A DNA stretch of 64,000 nucleotides from a bacterium. GTDB taxonomy: Bacteria; Zhuqueibacterota; Zhuqueibacteria; Residuimicrobiales; Krinioviventaceae. This document shows positions 9,591 to 18,883 of this stretch, piece by piece; the first letter of the stretch is position 1; each line of letters opens with the position of its first letter. A model generated the notes under the pieces. That model saw only the letters and a program-made list of their open reading frames with translations, ran no database searches and was not told the origin of the DNA. The DNA lies in assembly GCA_963693055.1 (NCBI GenBank), contig OY843751.1, positions 5,376,001 through 5,440,000 of the forward strand, in the 5' to 3' direction. A program made the translations under genes and the position numbers.

Positions 9591-10391
9591 ATGAGCGCCA
9601 CCTCAATTCTATTTGACGCACATGTACACATTTATCCTGAATATGATATCGATGGAGCTATCAACGCCAGTTTGAACCACATGAACCGCATTATTGGCAA
9701 AAACAAATTAGCCTCCAACACGGTTAAAATGTGGCTACTAACCGAAGGAACCATCTATAACGGTTTCAACCAGCTATTGGCATTGAATTCTGAACAATAT
9801 ATTGCGGAGAAAACAGGGCTGGCCTCTTTAGTCATTCGCGACAGGCAGTCACAAAACAATCTGCTCTATGTTCTGGCAGGTCGACAGATTGTAAGCAGCG
9901 ACAAGCTGGAAATTTGTGCACTGGCAACAAACTTCAACATGGCAGATCGTGAGCTAAACACGCAGGACACCATAAATAAAGTACGGGAAAATGGTGCTAT
10001 CGCGGCCCTTAACTGGGCACCGGGAAAATGGTTTACCAAAAGAGGGAAAATTGTTTCAAATATTATCGAAACAAACGATCCCAATAATTTATTAATCAGT
10101 GAGACAACCATGCGCCCCACTATTTGGCCGACTCCTGTACTTGTCAAGCAGGCGTTTCGTAAAAATTTCAGAATGATTGTAGGTTCTGACCCTCTACCTT
10201 TTAGCGGTGAAGAATCGCTTGTGGGATCTTATATTTCCATGGTCCAGGGAGAATTTGATCCGCAAAATCCAGAGGGATCAATAAAAGCATTACTCATGGA
10301 TCCATCTATTAAAATTAAACGATTGGGAAAAAGAAGCGGGCCCTTTATTTTTGCCAAGAGACAATACAAAATCATGAGTTATAATAAATAA
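9591..10391 (+). CDS. PHP-like/amidohydrolase-fold hypothetical metallohydrolase
   Basis: N-terminal DAHVH and C-terminal GSD motifs; GGAGG RBS. Confidence 0.5.
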   Translation: MSATSILFDAHVHIYPEYDIDGAINASLNHMNRIIGKNKLASNTVKMWLLTEGTIYNGFNQLLALNSEQYIAEKTGLASLVIRDRQSQNNLLYVLAGRQIVSSDKLEICALATNFNMADRELNTQDTINKVRENGAIAALNWAPGKWFTKRGKIVSNIIETNDPNNLLISETTMRPTIWPTPVLVKQAFRKNFRMIVGSDPLPFSGEESLVGSYISMVQGEFDPQNPEGSIKALLMDPSIKIKRLGKRSGPFIFAKRQYKIMSYNK

Positions 10392-10400
10392 CGATCTTGC

Positions 10401-12047
10401 ATGTCTTTATTTAATATCAAAAATATATTGTTAATAGGGTTATTATCCGTCCTGGCAGCCGCTGGTCAGCAAGACTTTGAGTTTCAAATCAATATTGATG
10501 CATTGCGCAATCACGCAGAATATCTAGCCGATGATGAACTGCGCGGAAGGGGTACAGGCACCTATGGAGAAAAGCTGGCAGCAGAATACCTTGCCATGGA
10601 ATTTGAGCGATTAAACCTGTTCCCGCTTGGAGATAACGGAAATTACTTTCAAAACATCCCCATGCACAGCAGTGAGTCGCTTTCCGGATGCCAGGCCCTG
10701 TTATATAACAATACAGACACCTTGAATCTTGAACTGGAAAAAGATTATCTGCTATTCAAGTCCGGAGCTCAAACTCTGGTACCCAAGCCAATCGATCTGG
10801 TTTTTGTGGGTTATGGCATTTTTGCGCCCGAATACGATTATAACGATTATCAATCTGTTGATGTTAGCAACAAGATTGTAGTATACCTGGATGGAGAGCC
10901 GGTATCTACAGACAAATCCTACTTTAACGGAACCGAGCAAACCATCTATGCGTACCCGGAATCCAAAGAGCGCATGGCAATATCGCGAGGTGCACGGGGA
11001 AGTATATTACTGCTTAATCCGCAAAATCCCCGTTTTCGTACCTGGGAGCATTATGTACAAAATTACGCCTTTACCGAGGTCACCCTGGCCTATTCTGTAA
11101 CCGCGCATCTCAGTCTCATTTTGAATCCAAATAGTGCGGCCCACTTGTTTAAAAACGCGCAATACTCGCTGCAAGACATCTATACCATGGACAAAAACAA
11201 TACGCTGAAAAGCTTTGATCTGGCAACATCCCTCTCTTTCAAAGGCCAGTTTAAACAACGGGATTTTATTTCTCCCAATGTCATTGCCATGTTGTCCGGC
11301 AGTGACTCTAAACTCAAGCACGAATATATCATCATAACCGCGCATTACGATCATTTGGGTATAGGCAAACCCATGCTCGCGGATTCCATCTATAACGGAT
11401 TTGGAGACAATGCCCTGGGCTGTGCGGGCGTTCTTGAAATGGCGCGGGTACTATCTGAAAATCGAAAAAAGCTGAAACGTTCTTTCATCTTTCTAATGGT
11501 CACCGGTGAGGAAAAAGGACTACTTGGTTCAACCTATTACATTGATCATCCGGCGGTCCCACTTTACAGAACCATTGCCAACCTGAATGTGGATGGTCTG
11601 GCCATGTTTGATGAATTTAACGATATTGTGGGAGTAGGCCACGAGCTCTCTGATCTGGATGAAACCCTCAAAGAAACGGCAAACCAACTGGGACTTTTAA
11701 CCAGCCCTGTGCCTCAGCAGTTTATGGTATCTGAATCTTTTGCACGTTCCGATCAGATATCTTTTGCCAAAGCCGGTATCCCTTCGATCCTGATTATGGA
11801 TGGCTTGCAATACAAAAGACTGACTCCGGTTCAAGGTCTCCAAATGCATATAAATTGGATTGATCACATATATCATACCCCTTTTGATGATAAAGACCAA
11901 ACCATGAACTATAAAGCGGCTCAGCAACATTGCCGGGTTTTAACACATTTTATTTTTAACACGGCCAATAGAGAATCAGAACCTCAATGGAAACCCGGCA
12001 CACCCTATATCAATGCAAGATTACAAACCATAGCGGAAAAAAGATGA
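10401..12047 (+). CDS. Secreted M28 family peptidase with PA domain
   Basis: Signal peptide; LRGRGTG, FVGYGI...YNDY, AHYDHLG, GDNALG, GEEKGLLGS, RSDQ, YHTPFD. Confidence 0.92.
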   Translation: MSLFNIKNILLIGLLSVLAAAGQQDFEFQINIDALRNHAEYLADDELRGRGTGTYGEKLAAEYLAMEFERLNLFPLGDNGNYFQNIPMHSSESLSGCQALLYNNTDTLNLELEKDYLLFKSGAQTLVPKPIDLVFVGYGIFAPEYDYNDYQSVDVSNKIVVYLDGEPVSTDKSYFNGTEQTIYAYPESKERMAISRGARGSILLLNPQNPRFRTWEHYVQNYAFTEVTLAYSVTAHLSLILNPNSAAHLFKNAQYSLQDIYTMDKNNTLKSFDLATSLSFKGQFKQRDFISPNVIAMLSGSDSKLKHEYIIITAHYDHLGIGKPMLADSIYNGFGDNALGCAGVLEMARVLSENRKKLKRSFIFLMVTGEEKGLLGSTYYIDHPAVPLYRTIANLNVDGLAMFDEFNDIVGVGHELSDLDETLKETANQLGLLTSPVPQQFMVSESFARSDQISFAKAGIPSILIMDGLQYKRLTPVQGLQMHINWIDHIYHTPFDDKDQTMNYKAAQQHCRVLTHFIFNTANRESEPQWKPGTPYINARLQTIAEKR

Positions 12048-12871
12048 GAAAAATTCTGTTTGCGATCACTCTGTTACTCTATACAAGCTGTCATTACACC
12101 AACCAAAATGACAGCAAGATCATTCGGCTCAAAGGCTCAGATACCATGTATGTATTATCTCGTCATTGGGCTGAATCATATATGAAAACGCATCCGCAAA
12201 CATCCGTATATTATGAAGGTGGCGGTACTGGCTCCGGTGCCAGAGCATTGGCAAACGGCAGTGTAGATATTTGTACAGCTTCCAGACCGCTTAGACCTGA
12301 AGAGGCACAGATACTAGTGGACTTTACCGGCTCGCTGGGTGTATCTCATCGGGTTGCCAAAGATGCACTATGTATCTACCTGCATCCCGCCAACCCTGTC
12401 AATTCACTAACGCTTGAACAGGTTGAAAAAATATATCTGGGTGAAATAATAAACTGGGACCAGGTAGGTGGTAACAATGCGGCTATTGAGCTCTATGATC
12501 GTCTGCCCAATTCCGGTACACACCTCTATCTCAGAGAACACGTCCTTGATGGCGAAGCCTTTCATGCAGAGCATATATTATCCGTAGCATCTGCTGCGGA
12601 TATGGTTGCTCAAGTTTCAGAGGACGTTAATGCCATTGGTTATGGAGGTATCATTCAACATCCGGGTATCAAATTCAGCAAGATCAATAATATTGAACCC
12701 ATGCCGGAAAACATACAAAATGACTCTTATCCCATCATCCGGTATCTCTATCTCTATACACCCAACACACCACAAGGGCATGTAAAACGATTTATCGATT
12801 GGGTACTGGGTCCTCAAGGCCAGGCAATAGTGGAACAGACAGGCTTTTTCCCCATCTGGCAAGATTCATAA
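12044..12871 (+). CDS. pstS: Phosphate ABC transporter substrate-binding lipoprotein (PstS family)
   Basis: ATGA overlap at 12044; lipobox YTSC; KGSDTM, GGGTGSG, DICTASR, R.PNSGT, AIGYGG, YPIIRYLYLYT. Confidence 0.9.
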   Translation: MRKILFAITLLLYTSCHYTNQNDSKIIRLKGSDTMYVLSRHWAESYMKTHPQTSVYYEGGGTGSGARALANGSVDICTASRPLRPEEAQILVDFTGSLGVSHRVAKDALCIYLHPANPVNSLTLEQVEKIYLGEIINWDQVGGNNAAIELYDRLPNSGTHLYLREHVLDGEAFHAEHILSVASAADMVAQVSEDVNAIGYGGIIQHPGIKFSKINNIEPMPENIQNDSYPIIRYLYLYTPNTPQGHVKRFIDWVLGPQGQAIVEQTGFFPIWQDS

Positions 12872-13915
12872 AGAAGCGTTTGCACTTTTTTTGGAAAATC
12901 CGCCAAGATAAAAAAGCATAATAAATAATATACTGATACTCACCTGCATATAGAATGTTAAAAAACGCCATCCCAGGGTCATAACTCCCAAAAACTCTTT
13001 GGGGATAAATGCTGCATACATGAAATAAAAAGAAGCCTCTGCTCCCGCCGCCGCTCCCGGAGTGGGAACCAGCGTCATGATTGTAAACGTCATCCATTGA
13101 AATAGAAAAAACAAAACAGGATCAACAGGAACATTCAGAGATACCAGCAACGCGGTAACAACAGAATACCGGCAAGTCCATTGTAAAGCAACAAGTGTCA
13201 TGGATGCAATAAATTGTGTTTTACCGCGCTTACCAATCAGGATATATACAAGTTTAAAATCCTGCCAAACTTTGGAAGATTTTTTTTGAATAACAGTTAA
13301 CAACCGGGACTTTGCAGCCAATTGTTCATTTCTTAATAATACTATCAGCACGATCAATACTACCAGAATGATTGCAATAACAATCAGGTAATTTCTGGCA
13401 AAGCTCAAATGGTGAACTAAATCCCGTATTACCGGTAATTCACAACAAGAAGAAACAATAAAGGCGGTTGGCACCGCAAAGAGAAAAAACAAACCGTCTT
13501 CTACAGTCCCCAATGTCATCAATGAAGCTGCCGCACCTGTAGTCATCCCCTTGCTAATGAGCATACCCGCTTTAACGTATCCTCCGCCAATAGCAGTGGG
13601 ACTAATTGCAGAACCCAGATCCTGACTTAGAATGATCTTGAACAATTCACGAAAAGGGATCTTTTTATCTAAAAATCGTGTCCAGATCATTAATCTCAAT
13701 GTGTTAGTAAACCAGGGAACAAAGGCCAGTGTTATGGCCAACAAAAAATACAAGGGCCTGAACTTGAACAAAACCTCAAAAATACCCCGGTCTGTTGTTA
13801 AAAGGGAAAAAACAATGTTACCGGCCATACCCAAAATGACGACCCCAATACCATATTTGACAAAACGTCTAAAATCCGGTTCGTTTGCATTAATTTTTAT
13901 TGACGGAAATTTCAT
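12866..13915 (-). CDS. Lysylphosphatidylglycerol-synthase TM region / flippase-like membrane protein
   Basis: Multiple TM helices; SPTAIGG, VPTPGAAAGAEASF, WRFLTFY. Confidence 0.85.
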   Translation of the reverse strand: MKFPSIKINANEPDFRRFVKYGIGVVILGMAGNIVFSLLTTDRGIFEVLFKFRPLYFLLAITLAFVPWFTNTLRLMIWTRFLDKKIPFRELFKIILSQDLGSAISPTAIGGGYVKAGMLISKGMTTGAAASLMTLGTVEDGLFFLFAVPTAFIVSSCCELPVIRDLVHHLSFARNYLIVIAIILVVLIVLIVLLRNEQLAAKSRLLTVIQKKSSKVWQDFKLVYILIGKRGKTQFIASMTLVALQWTCRYSVVTALLVSLNVPVDPVLFFLFQWMTFTIMTLVPTPGAAAGAEASFYFMYAAFIPKEFLGVMTLGWRFLTFYMQVSISILFIMLFYLGGFSKKSANASL

Positions 13916-15044
13916 ATAATCTATACATTTTACTGAATGTTTTATACCAGGAGAATTCCTGCTCTACCCATTTTCGCGCGTTTCTACCTTTTTCTCTGAA
14001 TCCATTCGTTGAAAGCTCAAACATTGTATTTGCCATCTCTGTAACTGATCCCGGTTCTACCAACACACCCACTGATGGATTCACACGTTCCTGCAATGCA
14101 CCTGCATTTACACCCAGTACCGGCAGCCCGCTAGCCTGTGCTTCAATAATAGACAGCCCAAAGGTTTCATGCGGTCCGGCGGTTACATATACATCCGCGG
14201 AAGCAAGTATCTCTGCAAGTTCATTTTTATTATGTACATAGGGTATGTAATGAATATCAGGATGTTTGGCCGCGTAATCCATCACCAGAGGTTCAAGAGG
14301 GCCTTGCCCCACTATCATCAAAGCACCATTAAATCGATTAAAACTTTTTTCAAAGGCATTTAAAATCACATCGATTCTTTTTTCAGAATCCAACCGGCCC
14401 GCGTAAATTAATACAATTTTATCTTCCAGGGCAAATCGCTGCCTGATGGTGCCGGTACGACGAGAAGGATGAAAAATATCTGCGTCTACACCCAAAGGGA
14501 TCTTGGCGACTCTTTTGATTCCCATTTTCAATAATTTTCTTTTCAAAAGTTCAGACGCGGTTGCCGTATAATCAAAACAGTTGTATATCTTGTGTGCGTA
14601 CCACTCACTCAAATGTTTTGCGACACTCCCCCAGCCGTTACCGGCAATTTTGGCTACTTCCTGTTCTGAATATGCAGTAGGAAAATCCGTATGATAAAAT
14701 CCAATAATTGAACAGGGGTAATAACGCCTGTACAACATCGCCGGGTACGGCATCAAATATGGACTGCCGATCTCGATAACATCCGGTCGTTCAGCTTTAA
14801 GAATTGAATAAACCTTGTCCAAACGAAATGTATATCGATAAGGTTCACATTTGGGGATGTGAGGCGCTTTTATAGTTATGGTTGTAAATCGAGCTTCCCG
14901 GATAATGCTGTCATTTTCTCCGGGAATAACAAGTAAATGCTCGTCTCTTGTATGGTTTTGAATATATTTGCGTTTTTCATGAATATAGGTTCGAATACCA
15001 CCGCTTTGGGGAGTATAGGCCTGTGTTAAATCACAAATCTTCAT
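13890..15044 (-). CDS. Glycosyltransferase family 4
   Basis: SGGIRTY, FYHTDFP, LGVD..IFHP, YAGRLDSEK, HETFGLSIIEAQASGLPV. Confidence 0.93.
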   Translation of the reverse strand: MKICDLTQAYTPQSGGIRTYIHEKRKYIQNHTRDEHLLVIPGENDSIIREARFTTITIKAPHIPKCEPYRYTFRLDKVYSILKAERPDVIEIGSPYLMPYPAMLYRRYYPCSIIGFYHTDFPTAYSEQEVAKIAGNGWGSVAKHLSEWYAHKIYNCFDYTATASELLKRKLLKMGIKRVAKIPLGVDADIFHPSRRTGTIRQRFALEDKIVLIYAGRLDSEKRIDVILNAFEKSFNRFNGALMIVGQGPLEPLVMDYAAKHPDIHYIPYVHNKNELAEILASADVYVTAGPHETFGLSIIEAQASGLPVLGVNAGALQERVNPSVGVLVEPGSVTEMANTMFELSTNGFREKGRNARKWVEQEFSWYKTFSKMYRLYEISVNKN

Positions 15045-15072
15045 ATACGTTACAAATTCTCCATATCAGGAT

Positions 15073-16941
15073 TTAATAAACCTGTGGGCCGGTAACAGAT
15101 GATTGAATTCCGGATACAGATTTACGGGTGGTTCGGGTAATCTTTTCTGGTTTAACATTTAAAGATATTAACAAATCATACCCTGCCTGTCCACTAACCT
15201 GAATCTCTTGCATTTGATTATAAAACAATCGAATACAATACTGAACAATCTTGTACTTGTTCCGGTCTTTAATGCTGTCCAGCCATTTCATCACCTGACG
15301 GTGTGGAAATCTGGCAGCAACCGGAATATTTAACAACCTTCCAATCAACATTCCGGTTATTGCCATACTTTTAAATGATGAAATATAGATCATTTCATAA
15401 TCTTTGTTTACCAAATCATACAAAACTTTAAGAAACGGTGGCAATTTGATACAGATATTTTTTTCAGGATCTAAGGTTATACTGGTTATCATTTTATAAA
15501 TGATTACGTTATTATCTTTGCAGAACCGATCAGAAATTCCAAGGTACATGGGTTGACGTGATATGGTTTCCTGACCCAACAGACGTAATGGAAGACGATG
15601 ATTACGTGAATGGAGTAAAGCGTTTTCGGTAAATACAGCAATCCTGCCTCTGTAAAACCTGCCGTTTTGGGTAAACGTATTTGCAGCCTGGCGCATGAGA
15701 TGACGGTCCTGATATTCTGTTCGTGCTGCAATAGCATAGGGAAGGATTACGGGCAGCAAAGACAGCAACGGTTTGATAAGCGACAACTTTTCCAGTACGC
15801 CGGCATTGTTCCGGGGAGATGCGATTTTCTTGACAACACCGGCAATACTGGTATGCGTTATCCTGCACATGCTTTTGAAAAACTGTTTATTTTGCACAGC
15901 GTCAAAATGCGCATTTCCTGTTAAAAATCTTTGAAATCTTTTATTATAAATAGCTTCATATTGAAAGGCTTGTTTAGGACCCTCAACTATTTCCGGAACA
16001 AACAATGGCTCTAGTCCGGGGAATTTGGCCAGGCTGAACAGAAATCCGGTTGTTAGATCTGCAATTCTATGCTTTTGGGCTTTTTCAAACATATTGTCAA
16101 GTACAGCATGTGTTACTTTAGAATTGAGATGGGGAATAGAAATATTTTGATGTTTGGCATGTTTATAGGAAACAGCCATAACCTGGTGCGCAACCGACAG
16201 CATACTACCGCCATATCCATGGGCCCTGCATTTACCGGTTCGAATATTATCAAGCAGTTCATATTTATTTTCAGAAAACTGGCATACGGTGTGGGGACAA
16301 GTAATTAAAATACCACCATGATCATCGGAACCTGCAACCATGCTTTTGGTCCAGGGCTCAAGTCCTATGGGATCAATACCGTGCTTTATAGCAAGTCGAT
16401 CAATATCCTCATGGGTTAATCCCTTTAATATCTTTTTCAAGAGTTTATCGGGAACCAGTTGCTTGCCGCCATTCTTGGTTTCAAAAACCTGAAACAAAAG
16501 CAGCATTTTTTCAAAATGCTCCATTGTCAGGGTGCGGCCCATTTTGAAAAACGGGTGCGCAATAAAATGGATAATATTTTGTGAATAAAGATATTGCACC
16601 AGTTCATAAATATTATAACGGAGGTATTGTATTTCCCGATGTATGTTTTCATTAATGTCCAGACAAACCACATGTACCTTGGCATTATCTTCCGGGAAAA
16701 ATGTGGTTACTTCTTCACTCATGAAAAAATCATCATAGTGGGCTATTTCAAGTGCACCATTGATAGTATCATGATCAGTTATGGTTACAAAATCCATCCC
16801 CCGGGATTTTGCAATTTGATATACTTGTTGGGGAGCTGTATAAGATTCGTTTGCTCCCAGCGTCTTTAAAAGCCAGTCACCTGCGTTTTTAGAGAAACAG
16901 GTGTGTACATGTAAATCTATAGATGAATATTCTTGATTCAT
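15073..16941 (-). CDS. PHP-domain phosphoesterase fused to a truncated GT4-like C-terminal region
   Basis: DLHVHT, TITDHD, SEEVT, AHP, GSDDH in the N-terminal half; RIAVFTEN and GT4 N-domain-like C-terminus without an ExFG..E motif; ATG 16941 preferred to TTG 16998. Confidence 0.75.
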   Translation of the reverse strand: MNQEYSSIDLHVHTCFSKNAGDWLLKTLGANESYTAPQQVYQIAKSRGMDFVTITDHDTINGALEIAHYDDFFMSEEVTTFFPEDNAKVHVVCLDINENIHREIQYLRYNIYELVQYLYSQNIIHFIAHPFFKMGRTLTMEHFEKMLLLFQVFETKNGGKQLVPDKLLKKILKGLTHEDIDRLAIKHGIDPIGLEPWTKSMVAGSDDHGGILITCPHTVCQFSENKYELLDNIRTGKCRAHGYGGSMLSVAHQVMAVSYKHAKHQNISIPHLNSKVTHAVLDNMFEKAQKHRIADLTTGFLFSLAKFPGLEPLFVPEIVEGPKQAFQYEAIYNKRFQRFLTGNAHFDAVQNKQFFKSMCRITHTSIAGVVKKIASPRNNAGVLEKLSLIKPLLSLLPVILPYAIAARTEYQDRHLMRQAANTFTQNGRFYRGRIAVFTENALLHSRNHRLPLRLLGQETISRQPMYLGISDRFCKDNNVIIYKMITSITLDPEKNICIKLPPFLKVLYDLVNKDYEMIYISSFKSMAITGMLIGRLLNIPVAARFPHRQVMKWLDSIKDRNKYKIVQYCIRLFYNQMQEIQVSGQAGYDLLISLNVKPEKITRTTRKSVSGIQSSVTGPQVY

Positions 16942-16948
16942 AAAACGA

Positions 16949-18103
16949 CTAACTGGCTTTGCTGTAAATAAAGGGTTTCTTAATCTGCTGTCCTTCAATC
17001 ACAGATTTATAGCTATCTATCAGTCTCGAATTGATAGCAGACCAACTGTATTTTTTAGCGGTCTCTCTTCCCTGCCTGCCCAATGTTTTGAGCAATGTAG
17101 AATCAGCAAGAAATTTTTCTATATGCACGGCAAAATCAACAGGATCATTTGGCTTTGCGAGGAATCCGTCATACCCGTGGTTTATCACATCACCTACGCC
17201 ACCCTTGGCAACACCCACCGCCGGTATACCTGAAGCAAAAGACTCTAAAATTACATTTCCAAAAGTTTCTGTAGTAGAAGGAAAAACAAACAGATCGGCA
17301 GAAGCATACCATTCGTAAAGCGGTTTACCTTTTAAATAACCGGTATAGTGCGCGTCCGGCATTTTTTCTTCCAATTCCTGGCGCATGGGACCGTCACCAA
17401 CAATTACGATCTGATAATCATATCTTTCTTTGAGCATATTATGAGCAACAACCAGATCATCCAGGTCTTTATGATTGATCAATCGGCCAACAAACAATAA
17501 AATCGGCTTATCATCCGCACCTATTGACTGACGCAGTTGGGTACTGCGAAGACGTGGAGAAAATTTATCCAACTCAATTCCACGCTGCCAGAGTTCAGCA
17601 TTGGGAATGCCATGTTTTTCCAGTTCTGCAATTGCTGAAGGAGTAGGCGTATAATTTTTAAGGCATTTGCTGTGGAACCACTTTAAAAAAGCCCAGCCAT
17701 AACTTTCCAGTCCACCAATACCAAAATAGGGAAAATAATGCACCCAATGAGTATGGTAACTGGATACTACAGGGATATTGTTTCGTTTCGCGTAATGCAG
17801 CGCCCACAAACCCATCAAACTGGGTGCTGCAATATGGACCAGATCGGGATTTAGAAAATCCAGATCATATTCAAGATTATCGAAATAGGGCACACCAATT
17901 TTGTACTCTTTGTATAATGCAAGGGGCACAGAACTGACTTTTCTTACACGATCAGCCCAATCATAACCGGATTCCGGTTTAACCGGTGAAAAAAACTTGA
18001 AATTAACGTCCTGTTCAAGTAAAGAATCCGCCAGAAAAGACATGGTCTTTTGCACGCCGTCTGTATTTGGCGGCAAACTCTCTGTAAAAATTGCAAGATT
18101 CAT
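16949..18103 (-). CDS. Glycosyltransferase family 4 (glycolipid-synthase/MgtA-like)
   Basis: IFTESLPPNTDGV, SSYHTH, WQRGIE..FSP, FVGRL, FPSTTETFGNVILESFASGIP. Confidence 0.93.
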   Translation of the reverse strand: MNLAIFTESLPPNTDGVQKTMSFLADSLLEQDVNFKFFSPVKPESGYDWADRVRKVSSVPLALYKEYKIGVPYFDNLEYDLDFLNPDLVHIAAPSLMGLWALHYAKRNNIPVVSSYHTHWVHYFPYFGIGGLESYGWAFLKWFHSKCLKNYTPTPSAIAELEKHGIPNAELWQRGIELDKFSPRLRSTQLRQSIGADDKPILLFVGRLINHKDLDDLVVAHNMLKERYDYQIVIVGDGPMRQELEEKMPDAHYTGYLKGKPLYEWYASADLFVFPSTTETFGNVILESFASGIPAVGVAKGGVGDVINHGYDGFLAKPNDPVDFAVHIEKFLADSTLLKTLGRQGRETAKKYSWSAINSRLIDSYKSVIEGQQIKKPFIYSKAS

Positions 18104-18112
18104 AACATCACC

Positions 18113-18646
18113 CTAAATTATTAATAGTCCAAATTGCGCACAAAATACGCCTAAAATCAAGCCTGCAAGAACATCAGAAGGGAAATGCAGGCCATTATAG
18201 ATCCGTGAAAATCCAATAACAGAAGCAATCAGAAATACCGGAATAGTAAATACCGGATAAAAATGACTAATTAAAACAGCCATTAAAAACGCGGCGGCCG
18301 TATGGCCAGAGGGAAAACTAAATTTATCGGGAGGTTTTACAAGAAATTTGATTTGTAAAAGCTTGTCGAAAGGTCTTTTACGCTTGAATTTATTTTTCAA
18401 CATCACCTGTATTGTTACTTCAAGGATAAATGACAAAACACCAGCCAGTAAAAACCGGGGCGCAATAGATAGATCTAAAACAAACAGAAACAATGCAATT
18501 ACCGCATAAATATAGCCATCTCCAATGCGTGAGCTCCAATACATAATGGTGTCCATTATTTTTCTACCGGAAAGCCTGAATATCCGGATAGAGACGGCAC
18601 TGTCCCAGGCTGCAACATTATTCATTATAATTCTGACCATCAGCAT
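18113..18646 (-). CDS. PAP2 family membrane phosphatase
   Basis: K..FKRKRP, SFPSGH, SRIYNGLHFPSDV. Confidence 0.93.
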   Translation of the reverse strand: MLMVRIIMNNVAAWDSAVSIRIFRLSGRKIMDTIMYWSSRIGDGYIYAVIALFLFVLDLSIAPRFLLAGVLSFILEVTIQVMLKNKFKRKRPFDKLLQIKFLVKPPDKFSFPSGHTAAAFLMAVLISHFYPVFTIPVFLIASVIGFSRIYNGLHFPSDVLAGLILGVFCAQFGLLII

Positions 18647-18704
18647 TACCTGATATTATACATTCGTTTTACATTAAATTGTACAAATGTAAAATTATTC
18701 AGAC

Positions 18705-18731
18705 ATAAAGGATATGTTAAGAAATGGTAAA
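18705..18731 (-). promoter_or_regulatory. Putative Pho box upstream of the PAP2-GT operon
   Basis: Minus strand TTTACCATTTC-TTAACATATCC-TTTAT (11-bp period); 23/27 identical to 24904-24930. Confidence 0.75.
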
Positions 18732-18745
18732 ATATGGGCGGGTAG

Positions 18746-18806
18746 AAAAAAATAAACCCTGCTGTTATTGAGGTGGTTTTGGCAGAAACCAGTAGACAGC
18801 AGGGTT
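18746..18806 (-). terminator. Intrinsic terminator after the beta-helix protein gene
   Basis: AACCCTGCTGT (18755-18765) / ACAGCAGGGTT (18796-18806) stem with an inner hairpin, followed by a T-run on the minus strand. Confidence 0.65.
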
Positions 18807-18883
18807 CTGGGTGTAGCTTGGATCAATATAATATACATCGGGTCTGCAACCAGGTTACAGACCTTATTTCACATAACATTTAT

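Noticed and set aside
18667-18694. TTTTACATT-N10-AATGTAAAA inverted repeat near the PAP2 start
   Set aside because: Out of phase with the Pho box and not found at the other promoters; cannot be distinguished from chance
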